Source of the DNA: Fibrobacter sp.
GTDB taxonomy: Bacteria > Fibrobacterota > Fibrobacteria > Fibrobacterales > Fibrobacteraceae
DNA: 32,000 nt
Reading direction: 5' to 3'
Assembly (NCBI GenBank): GCA_024398935.1
Contig: JAKSIH010000004.1
Location: 51,801 to 83,800, forward strand
Within the stretch, counting starts at the first letter, position 1. Every line of letters begins with the position of its first letter. This document shows, piece by piece, positions 1 through 7,716 of this stretch. A program made the position numbers and the translations under genes. A model generated the notes under the pieces. That model was given only the letters and a program-made list of their open reading frames with translations. It was not told the DNA's origin and searched no databases.

Positions 1-73
1 TTGCGCTTGAACTGACCCTGCTTGACTGCGGTTTGACTGCGGATGGTCATAAACACGGAAAGTATACAGTGTC
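1..73. repeat. Direct repeat, copy 1 (touches the window edge and may be truncated)
   Basis: nt 1-30 and 42-73 are identical to 672-701 and 702-733. nt 31-41 (gtttgactgcg) is an extra near-duplicate of 20-30 (gcttgactgcg). Confidence 0.9.
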
Positions 74-134
74 AAATATACAATTTGCTAGGGGCTGACA
101 AAGCTATAACTTTTTGCTAAGCGCACATCATAAC

Positions 135-153
135 CTAGCAGAGCTTTAAATAA
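135..153. repeat. Left arm of an inverted repeat bracketing the small ORF
   Basis: CTAGCAGAGCT (135..145) is the perfect reverse complement of AGCTCTGCTAG (493..503). The match extends through AAATAA after a 2-nt indel. Confidence 0.6.
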
Positions 154-441
154 TTAGCAGTCCTTCTTTTCTTCTTTTTCTGAAGGATGCTTCAAGCCCA
201 AAGTTTTGTCAAAATCATCATCAATTTTACTGACAGGAAGTTCATCATCAAAAGATGGCGGATTTTTCACACCATATTTAACGATAATGTAGAATAGACC
301 TGCTAGAAGGGCAAAAATAAGGCCATTATACCTAGGTAATTTAAAGAAATCAAAAGCGATACCACAATAGACCCAAGGTACAAGAAGAACGACGGCAGTA
401 ACAGCCCAGACAACCAAAGCTTTCTTAAGTTCTTCATTCAT
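154..441 (-). CDS. Small hypothetical membrane protein (~95 aa, two hydrophobic segments, charged C-terminal tail)
   Basis: The ORF track gives 154..459, but codon 457..459 is TTG. The first ATG is at 439..441 (MNEELKKALVVW...). There are two TM-like stretches (VVWAVTAVVLLVPWVYCGIAF and LIFALLAGLFYIIV). I recognise no family. Confidence 0.55.
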   Translation of the reverse strand: MNEELKKALVVWAVTAVVLLVPWVYCGIAFDFFKLPRYNGLIFALLAGLFYIIVKYGVKNPPSFDDELPVSKIDDDFDKTLGLKHPSEKEEKKDC

Positions 442-486
442 ATCCGTAAATATACACAAGTACGTTTTGAAATAGCGGCCGTTTTT

Positions 487-503
487 TTATTTAGCTCTGC
501 TAG
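487..503. repeat. Right arm of the inverted repeat bracketing the small ORF
   Basis: ttatttagctctgctag is the reverse complement of the left arm (11-bp perfect core at 493..503). Confidence 0.6.
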
Positions 504-671
504 TCCAAGACGTACGCTGCAATAATATTGTGAAAATGCTTGTGAAACGAACCGAGACAGCAGGCTTAATGTTACATTTGTGCAGTAAATATACAGACAC
601 TGTATACCCACAATGTTTAAATCCTACCCAAATGTTGCCCCAAGTTTACATTTAGGCGGTTTTGGGAGAAT

Positions 672-733
672 TTGCGCTTGAACTGACCCTGCTTGACTGC
701 GGATGGTCATAAACACGGAAAGTATACAGTGTC
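672..733. repeat. Direct repeat, copy 2 (62 nt), just 3' of sufS
   Basis: Identical to copy 1 apart from lacking the 11-nt internal duplication. It ends in GTATACAGTGTC, which also occurs inverted at 596..607. Confidence 0.9.
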
Positions 734-762
734 TCTTGTGGGGGGCTAGCAGCCCTTGGTGT

Positions 763-1989
763 TTAAGCGAACAGCTTGATGACCCGCTTGAGACCAGCGA
801 TAAGGCGGTCCACATCCCGTTCCAGACTGTAGGCGCCGAAGGAGAGTCGCAGGGTGGCATCGACGCCGAACCGGTCCATGACCGGTTGAGCGCAGTGGTG
901 ACCACTGCGCACAGCGACGTTTTCCTCGTCAAGAATCATGGCGGCGTCGCTGACGGCGATGCCATCCAGAGTGATGCTGATAAGGGCTCCGCGTTCCCTT
1001 GGATTTCCAAGAACCTTCACCTGCGGGATTGCCGCCAGCTGTTCCAGGGCGTACTTCACGATTTTTTCTTCGTGAATCCGGATGTTGTCAAGACCCTTTT
1101 CCTGCAGCCATTCCACTGCCTTGCCAAGGCCGAGAACTTCGGCGATGGCGGGAGTTCCCGCTTCAAAGCGTTCGGGAACGTCTGCATAAGTTGTTTTTTC
1201 GAAGGTGACGTTCTTGATCATTTCGCCACCGCCGTGCCAGGGCGGCATGGAGTCCAGTACATCGTACTTTCCGTAAAGAACGCCGATGCCCGTGGGTCCA
1301 TAAATCTTGTGTCCGCTAAAGGCAAGAAAGTCGCAGTCCAGCTTCTGGACGTCAATCTTTAAATGGGAGGCGCTCTGTGCCCCGTCGATCAAAATCTTTG
1401 CTTGCGGTGCCAACTTGCGAACGGTCTTAATAATTTCCTCGATGGGGTTCACCGTACCCACTGCGTTACTCACGTGGGTTACCGCCACCATCTTCACTTT
1501 TTCAGTCAGCAGGCTCGGCAGCGCATTCAAATCCAAATCGCCGTCATCCTTCACGGGAATGACCTTGATCTTTGCACCCTTCATTTCGGCAACGATCTGC
1601 CAGGAAACGATGTTGGCGTGATGTTCCAGACCGCTAATGAGAATTTCGTCGCCTTCATTGAAAAACTTACGGCCATAGCTCCAGGCCACCAGATTGATGC
1701 TTTCGGTGGTGCCGCGGGTAAAGACGATTTCGTTTTCGGACTTGGCGTTGATAAACCTGGCGATGTTCTTTCGGGTTGCTTCGTAGGCTTCGGTAGTACG
1801 GGCGCTCAAGCGGTACACGCCACGCTTTACGGAACTGTAATGTTCCCGGTAGAAGTCGTTCATCACGTCAATGACGCAGGCGGGCTTCTGGGTGGTTGCG
1901 GTACTATCGAGAAACGCCAGGGGCTTGGCTTCCTTGTCGCCTGCCACCAGCATGGGAAATTCACTACGGATCATTTCGGCATCAATCAT
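763..1989 (-). CDS. sufS: Cysteine desulfurase, SufS/CsdA-type (class V aminotransferase)
   Basis: 408-aa ORF with ATG start. It has the PLP-lysine motif FSGHKIYGPTGIGVLYG and the active-site cysteine motif RSGHHCAQP. Confidence 0.93.
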   Translation of the reverse strand: MIDAEMIRSEFPMLVAGDKEAKPLAFLDSTATTQKPACVIDVMNDFYREHYSSVKRGVYRLSARTTEAYEATRKNIARFINAKSENEIVFTRGTTESINLVAWSYGRKFFNEGDEILISGLEHHANIVSWQIVAEMKGAKIKVIPVKDDGDLDLNALPSLLTEKVKMVAVTHVSNAVGTVNPIEEIIKTVRKLAPQAKILIDGAQSASHLKIDVQKLDCDFLAFSGHKIYGPTGIGVLYGKYDVLDSMPPWHGGGEMIKNVTFEKTTYADVPERFEAGTPAIAEVLGLGKAVEWLQEKGLDNIRIHEEKIVKYALEQLAAIPQVKVLGNPRERGALISITLDGIAVSDAAMILDEENVAVRSGHHCAQPVMDRFGVDATLRLSFGAYSLERDVDRLIAGLKRVIKLFA

Positions 1990-2091
1990 GGGCTGAAAAA
2001 TAGAAAAATGAAAATTGCAAGGAATTGTTTTAATGCCCGATACGGCTGGGTTTTGTATATTTGGACCGAAAAAAAATTGGAAGGTTTTGGT

Positions 2092-3540
2092 ATGGACTAT
2101 AACTACAAAAAATTTTTAACTATTGCTAGCGTCGTTTTCTCGCTGGCTTCCGTTTCTTTTGCACAGCAGGAACTTCGCGATGCCGTGGATGCTGGCGACA
2201 TCGCAACTGCACAGAAGATTGTGAAAAAGGGTGCTGCCGAGGAAATCTATTGCGGCAAGCTGGCCCCGAACGACGCGGTGAAAGTTTACGAAAAAATTTT
2301 CAAGGCCATGCCTAACGAGTCCTTTGAAAATTGTCCGGAACAGTTTGCCTATGGTTACGGAGCCAAGGTCTGCTCAAACGCCAAGGCCATGGATCTCTGT
2401 AACGAAGTTTCCAAGGTCTTGCTGAAGGATGCTTCTGCCGGTAATCCCGCGGCCATCGAGTCTCTGGAATCGGTCATTAAGGCTGTCGTCAAGAATAAGG
2501 CTTTCGCAAAACCGGTTAAGGAACAGGTGGACACCACCGCCTGGGTGGCCTGCCCCAAGAAGGGGGCCGACCGTGCCACTTGCATTGAACAGTGCAAGAT
2601 GCAGTCCGATTCCCTGGGCGATGCTTCCCACAAGGAAGCCTGCGATTCCAAGCCGGAACAGTTTGTGGAAACGACCATCACCGTCTCTAGGCCTTCTCCC
2701 ATTTACGAAACTCTTCGCGTAGGCGTGGTGGATGGTTACTGGAAATCGCCCATGACGGTTGCTGAAAAATTCTCTAAGCTGATGGCTGCAAACGCGAAGG
2801 CTCTTTCCATTCCGGATACGTCCGTCGTGAATATGGCTTATGTGACTCGCTGGGCCGATGCCCATAAGGCTAATGGAACCGCTCTTCCCGGCGGTCAGCT
2901 GTTCCGCTTCTGCACGGCCTGGCAGCCCCAGGTGGACGCCATGCTTGCTGAAAAGGCTATCGAAACCCGCTGTCCTGTATTCGAGACCTTCGTGGATTCC
3001 CGCGACAGGCAGAAGTACAAGGTCAAGGAAATCGCTGGTCTCAAGTGGTTTGTCCAGAACTTGAATTTTGCTGTAGAGGAAGGTTCCCTCTGCTATGACC
3101 GCGATGATGAAAACTGTAAGGTTTATGGTCGTCAGTATAATCACGAGACAGCCTTGGCGGTCTGCCCGGAAGGTTCTCACCTGGCTACTGAAGAGGAATG
3201 GTCCGCTCTTGAGGAACTGGCCGGTGGGGCAGGCTCCGCTGCAGAAAAACTTCGCAGCAACGGCTCGGACGATTTTGCATTTACGGCTCTCTTTGGTGGC
3301 CACACCAACAAGAACGGATTCTCCGTGACCGCTGGCGAAGGCGCCTATTTCTGGATGGAAGATGCCGCCGACGAAGGTCGCAGCTACGCTCGTTCCATGT
3401 TTGCATCGGACCGCGATGTGTCCCGTATTCCTGTGGATAACGGCTACTATATGTCCGTCCGCTGCGTGGTAAACTATGCGCCGAAGGCTGTGGTCGAACC
3501 TGTCGAATCCGCAGAAGTTCCTGTGGAAACGGCGGAATAA
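2092..3540 (+). CDS. Secreted protein with a C-terminal Fibrobacter succinogenes major paralogous domain (TIGR02145-like)
   Basis: The start was moved to MDYNYKKFLTIASVVFSLASVSFAQQ (signal peptide). The C-terminal part (FVDSRDRQKYKVKEIAGLKWFVQNLNF...CYDRDDENCKVYGRQYNHETALAVCPEGSHLATEEEW...YYMSVRCV) fits the paralogous domain pattern. Confidence 0.85.
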   Translation: MDYNYKKFLTIASVVFSLASVSFAQQELRDAVDAGDIATAQKIVKKGAAEEIYCGKLAPNDAVKVYEKIFKAMPNESFENCPEQFAYGYGAKVCSNAKAMDLCNEVSKVLLKDASAGNPAAIESLESVIKAVVKNKAFAKPVKEQVDTTAWVACPKKGADRATCIEQCKMQSDSLGDASHKEACDSKPEQFVETTITVSRPSPIYETLRVGVVDGYWKSPMTVAEKFSKLMAANAKALSIPDTSVVNMAYVTRWADAHKANGTALPGGQLFRFCTAWQPQVDAMLAEKAIETRCPVFETFVDSRDRQKYKVKEIAGLKWFVQNLNFAVEEGSLCYDRDDENCKVYGRQYNHETALAVCPEGSHLATEEEWSALEELAGGAGSAAEKLRSNGSDDFAFTALFGGHTNKNGFSVTAGEGAYFWMEDAADEGRSYARSMFASDRDVSRIPVDNGYYMSVRCVVNYAPKAVVEPVESAEVPVETAE

Positions 3541-3551
3541 CCGAGGGAAAG

Positions 3552-4520
3552 ATGAACGCTGAATTCAAGCCTACCTGCAATCGCGAAACCTGGATTAAAC
3601 GCCAAGTCTTGATGAACAAGGTGCGCCAGTTTTTCATTTCCAGGGATTCCCTGGAAGTGGAGACTCCTACGCTGTCTAACGCAGGCGGGACTGATCCCCA
3701 GCTGGATTACTTTCAGGTTGGCGTGGAGGGGGAACCGCCCCGTTTCATGATGACCAGCCCGGAATTTCACATGAAGCGTTTGCTTTCCGCAGGCTTTGGC
3801 GATATCTTCCAGATTACCAAGTCCTTCCGTAAGGATGAATTCGGCAGCCACCACAATAATGAATTCAGCATGGTGGAATGGTATCGTGTGGGGTGGCCCC
3901 AGGAAAAACTGATGGACGAGGTGGAAGCTCTGGTAAGCGAGATTCTGGGAAAGCCTATAAACGCCCGTCGTACCCGCTGGATCGATGCGTTCAGGAACTA
4001 TGCCGGAATCGATCCGGTGAGTTGCCCCATAGATGATTTTGCGGAGGCTTGCCGCAGTCGCGAAATTCCCGTTCCTGAGGGTTGCGAAACCATGTCCCGC
4101 GAAGACTGGTGGGACTATCTGATGGTATTCATCATTGAACCCGCCCTTGCAAGTAACGGACCTGAGTTTATTCTGGATTATCCGCCCTCCCAGGCGGCAC
4201 TTGCCCAGACATATGTGGATAACAATGGTCTTACCTGGGCAAAACGATTTGAACTTTTCGTAGACCAGGTGGAACTTTGCAATGGCTACACGGAACTGAC
4301 GGATGCGGCAGAGCAGCGTCGCCGTTTTGCAGCAGACCTGGAAATTCGAAAGCAGATGGGTAAGCCTTTGCCGCCTATCGACGAACATTTCCTGGCGGGT
4401 CTGGAATCCGGGATGCCCGCCTGTTCCGGAGTGGCGCTGGGGTTGGATCGGCTGTTCATGCTAGCGCTGGACAAACCCGAAATTGCCGACGTGATTTTAT
4501 TCCCCAGCCCTATTGCATAG
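3552..4520 (+). CDS. epmA: EF-P lysine-34 lysyltransferase (PoxA/GenX, class II LysRS paralogue)
   Basis: 322 aa. Class II aaRS-like motifs are present: ETPTLS, TSPEFHMKRLL, FQITKSFRKDEFGSHHNNEFSMVEWYR and GVALGLDRL. There is no anticodon-binding domain. A GAGGG sequence precedes the ATG. Confidence 0.88.
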   Translation: MNAEFKPTCNRETWIKRQVLMNKVRQFFISRDSLEVETPTLSNAGGTDPQLDYFQVGVEGEPPRFMMTSPEFHMKRLLSAGFGDIFQITKSFRKDEFGSHHNNEFSMVEWYRVGWPQEKLMDEVEALVSEILGKPINARRTRWIDAFRNYAGIDPVSCPIDDFAEACRSREIPVPEGCETMSREDWWDYLMVFIIEPALASNGPEFILDYPPSQAALAQTYVDNNGLTWAKRFELFVDQVELCNGYTELTDAAEQRRRFAADLEIRKQMGKPLPPIDEHFLAGLESGMPACSGVALGLDRLFMLALDKPEIADVILFPSPIA

Positions 4521-4522
4521 GG

Positions 4523-5038
4523 CTACTTCAATATTTTTCTGATGCTCTTCGTAAGCTCTTTCTCGTCAAAGATGCCGGTGTGGATCTGCACGATGCTGTC
4601 CTGTTCGTCAACGAGATAGGAGACCGGAATGACTCCTGGATTCCCGAGGATGTTCATCAGGTCGTAATTCCAGTGGATCATGGTCCAGGGGAGTTCGTAT
4701 TTTTTCTTGAACCGGGCTGCCACTTTTAGGTTCTCGTCCTCGTTCACCATCAGGATCCTGAAATCGGTGCCCTCGAATTCCCGGTAGAGATTTTTCAGCA
4801 TGGGAATTTCCGACATGCAGGCGGGACACCAGCTGGCGCTTAGGACGATGAGTGTTGCCTTTCCCTTTTCCTTCTGGTAGGAGGTTTTCCCTCCGTCGAC
4901 GTTCAATGCGGTGAAATTGCCGATCTTTCCGGAAATAGTCTGGAAAGACTGCCCGATATTCCTTTGGCTATAGAACAGGAAGCCAAAGATGCCTATAACG
5001 GCGGCGAATATGAAGATTTTAATAGTGGAAGAGGGCAT
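4523..5038 (-). CDS. Membrane-anchored thioredoxin-fold thiol-disulfide oxidoreductase (TlpA/ResA-like)
   Basis: 171 aa with an N-terminal hydrophobic anchor (IFIFAAVIGIFGFLFY) and a CxxC motif in the context SASWCPAC. Confidence 0.8.
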   Translation of the reverse strand: MPSSTIKIFIFAAVIGIFGFLFYSQRNIGQSFQTISGKIGNFTALNVDGGKTSYQKEKGKATLIVLSASWCPACMSEIPMLKNLYREFEGTDFRILMVNEDENLKVAARFKKKYELPWTMIHWNYDLMNILGNPGVIPVSYLVDEQDSIVQIHTGIFDEKELTKSIRKILK

Positions 5039-5090
5039 TTCTCTGTGGAATTTATGAAATTTTCCCCTTTTATTAAGTTATATTCTTGCC

Positions 5091-6158
5091 ATGGCATACA
5101 ATATTCAAGACCTTTTGGCAGAAATGGTGAAACGTGGTGCGTCTGACTTGCATATTACTGCAGGTGCGCCTCCTCTTATTCGTCTTCATGGTAAGCTGAC
5201 TCCCATCGGGGAATCCAAGCTGAAACCGGATGAAACCATGCGCATGACCTATAGCCTCATGAACGAAGGACAGAAGAAGTCCTTTGAACAGAGCAAGGAG
5301 TGCGACTTCTCCTTCGGTATTGCGAACCTGGCCCGTTTCCGTGCAAACGCCTATTTGCAGCGTGGATGCGTGGCTCTGGCACTCCGTATTATTCCGCTAG
5401 ATATTAAGACTTTCAAGGATCTGGGACTTCCCAAGATCATGGCCGAGTTTACCACCCGCCCCTCGGGTTTGGTGCTGGTGACGGGTGCAACCGGTTCCGG
5501 TAAGTCCACCACTTTGGCCGCCATGATCGACAAGATCAACAAGGAACGTCACGACCACATTCTGACGGTGGAAGACCCCATTGAATTCCTGCACAAGCAT
5601 CAGAACTGCATGATCAACCAGCGCGAAGTGGGTAGCGATACCAATAGCTTCGCCAACGCCCTGAAGATGGCCCTCCGTCAGGACCCGGACGTGGTGCTCA
5701 TCGGCGAAATGCGTGACCTGGAAACCATCCGTGCGGCCCTTACCATCGCTGAAACGGGTCACTTGGCCTTTGCAACCTTGCATACCAACTCCTGCGTGCA
5801 GACCATCAACCGCGTGGTGGATGCCTTCCCCAAGGGCGAACAGCAGACTGTCCGTACCCAGCTGTCCTTCGTGCTTCAGGGTGTTATATGCCAGACCCTG
5901 GTCCCGAAGATTGGTGGCGGTCGTGTGATGGCTTATGAGGTCATGAACGTGACTCCGGGTATCCGCGCCCTGATCCGTGACGACAAGGTGCATCAGATTG
6001 AATCCATGATTGAAATCGGTCAGAAGTTCGGCATGAACACTATGAACATGTGCCTTTGCGATCTTGTCAAGAACCGTAAGGTGGACCGTTTCGAAGCACT
6101 TTCCCGTTCTCCCAGTCCGGACCAGCTGGAACAGTTGCTCCAGAAAGAAGGCCTGTAG
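5091..6158 (+). CDS. pilT: Type IV pilus retraction ATPase PilT
   Basis: 355 aa with Walker A GATGSGKST and conserved PilT blocks (SDLHITAG, ILTVEDPIEF, REVG, LRQDPDVVLIGEMRDLETI, GHLAFATLHT). Confidence 0.93.
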   Translation: MAYNIQDLLAEMVKRGASDLHITAGAPPLIRLHGKLTPIGESKLKPDETMRMTYSLMNEGQKKSFEQSKECDFSFGIANLARFRANAYLQRGCVALALRIIPLDIKTFKDLGLPKIMAEFTTRPSGLVLVTGATGSGKSTTLAAMIDKINKERHDHILTVEDPIEFLHKHQNCMINQREVGSDTNSFANALKMALRQDPDVVLIGEMRDLETIRAALTIAETGHLAFATLHTNSCVQTINRVVDAFPKGEQQTVRTQLSFVLQGVICQTLVPKIGGGRVMAYEVMNVTPGIRALIRDDKVHQIESMIEIGQKFGMNTMNMCLCDLVKNRKVDRFEALSRSPSPDQLEQLLQKEGL

Positions 6159-6167
6159 GAGTAGTCT

Positions 6168-7376
6168 ATGGCAGAATTCCTCTATAAGGCGACCAATGCC
6201 CAGGGAAACAAGTTCGAGGGCTCTATCGAAGCTAACGACAAGGCCGAGGCGGAAGCCCTGCTCCTGCGTCGCCGCCTGATTATCGAAAGCCTGAAAAAGA
6301 AGCCTGTAGAAATTAAGATCAAGTTTGGCAGTGGCATCAAGCCTGCGGACATTTCCAGGTTTACCCGTATGTTCTCTTCCATGAGTTCTGCTGGTCTTCC
6401 CATGCTTCAGTGCCTGAATATTCTGGAAGCCCAGTGCGAAAACCCCGACTTGAAGGAAGTGGTTCACAAGGTGACCATGTCCATCAACGGTGGTTCTTCC
6501 CTGGCGGACGCCCTTTCCCAGCACCCGAAGGTTTTCAGTAACCTCTACACCAACATGGTGGCAGCCGGCGAAGCGGGTGGTATTCTGGATGGCATTCTTG
6601 CCCGTCTTGCAGATACCCTGGAAAACGGTGAACGTCTGAAGCGTAAGGTGAAGAAGGCCCTGACATACCCGGTGATGTTGATTATCGTGGGTATCGCGGT
6701 GGTGATTGCCTTGATGACGTTCGTGGTGCCAACCTTCGCTGAACAGTTCGCCGCCTTGAATGCGGAACTTCCTGCTCCGACTCAGGTGGTGATGGGTATT
6801 TCGGACTTCCTGCGCGATAATGGTGTTTTCCTAGGGGGCGCCGTTGCCGCCTTGATTGTTGGGTTCAAGATGGCTATGAAAGTTCCCAAGGCGAAATATG
6901 CCTGGGATGGAATCATGCTTAAGATTCCCAAGTTGGGGGACCTTCAGATTAAGTCTGCCACGGCAAGCTTTGCCCGAACCCTTGGAACCCTCTTGAATGC
7001 AGGTGTGTCCGTGATGGACTCCCTGAAGGTGGTGGCCTCTACGGTCTCGAACAAGGTGGTGGAAAAGGCAATCATGAAAATTTCCATCGGTATCGCAGGC
7101 GGTAAGTCCATTGCGGAACCTATGACCGAAGTAGGTATTTTCCCGCCCATGGTGATCCAGATGACTGGCGTGGGTGAAAAGACCGGTAACCTGGGTGGCA
7201 TGCTCCTGAAGCTCGCCGACTTCTACGACGAAGAAGTGGATGCCGCCGTGGACGCCGTGGTGGGCATGATGGAACCCTTGATCATCGTGTTCCTGGGTGG
7301 CGCTGTGGGTGGCCTCCTGATTGCAATGTACATGCCGATGTTCGGTATGGGCGACGCTGTGGGTAACCAGAGCTAA
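6168..7376 (+). CDS. pilC: Type IV pilus platform protein PilC (GspF family)
   Basis: 402 aa with a duplicated GspF-type architecture and three hydrophobic segments. It starts 9 nt after pilT with an AGGAG-like sequence upstream. Confidence 0.92.
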   Translation: MAEFLYKATNAQGNKFEGSIEANDKAEAEALLLRRRLIIESLKKKPVEIKIKFGSGIKPADISRFTRMFSSMSSAGLPMLQCLNILEAQCENPDLKEVVHKVTMSINGGSSLADALSQHPKVFSNLYTNMVAAGEAGGILDGILARLADTLENGERLKRKVKKALTYPVMLIIVGIAVVIALMTFVVPTFAEQFAALNAELPAPTQVVMGISDFLRDNGVFLGGAVAALIVGFKMAMKVPKAKYAWDGIMLKIPKLGDLQIKSATASFARTLGTLLNAGVSVMDSLKVVASTVSNKVVEKAIMKISIGIAGGKSIAEPMTEVGIFPPMVIQMTGVGEKTGNLGGMLLKLADFYDEEVDAAVDAVVGMMEPLIIVFLGGAVGGLLIAMYMPMFGMGDAVGNQS

Positions 7377-7499
7377 AAAATCAGTGATTGCCGTCGCATT
7401 ACTGCGTTGCGGGGCTCCTTACATACGAAGGTATGCTGCGTTGCCCCGCGCCCTGTCCTGCTAGGCCCTAACCGATTTTTTTGAATGTCTTATTTTGAG

Positions 7500-7527
7500 A
7501 AAGAACCGCGGGAAACCGCGGTTCTTT
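7500..7527 (+). terminator. Strong hairpin (12-bp stem, GAAA loop), probable terminator after pilC
   Basis: AAAGAACCGCGG-GAAA-CCGCGGTTCTTT. The A/T-rich arms make it symmetric (bidirectional). A second compound stem-loop lies at 7409..7449 (GCGGGGC...GCCCCGC). Confidence 0.7.
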
Positions 7528-7716
7528 GCTTATGGTTTCGGGAATGGTTCGTTCTCGGCGCTCGTTGAAGATTTGCTTCAACATTGTCCCTCGCGACTTT
7601 TTTTGTAAAAATCGTTGCTTTGCACATTTGATACAGTGTGTTGTAAAATGATTTTTGGCTGTTTTGCGCGTTCGCTCAATTTAGGGTATATTTTGAACAT
7701 AAAAGTGAGGTACATT

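Noticed and set aside
1363-2091. A 243-aa N-terminal extension of the long + strand ORF 1363..3540.
   Set aside because: It runs antisense through sufS and has no protein-like features. A signal-peptide start (MDYNYKKFLTIASVVF...) at 2092 gives a sensible secreted protein.
3474-4388. A 304-aa minus-strand ORF. The similar ORFs 2374..3303 (minus) and 703..1362 (plus) belong with it.
   Set aside because: They are antisense to epmA, the FISUMP gene and sufS respectively, and have no protein-like features.
4518-4525. The convergent stops of epmA and the TlpA-like gene lie only 2 nt apart with no terminator hairpin between them.
   Set aside because: This is compact but ordinary gene packing, and nothing in the sequence suggests a special function.
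5397-6524. A 375-aa minus-strand ORF.
   Set aside because: It is antisense to pilT/pilC, has no recognisable motifs, and is a shadow frame.
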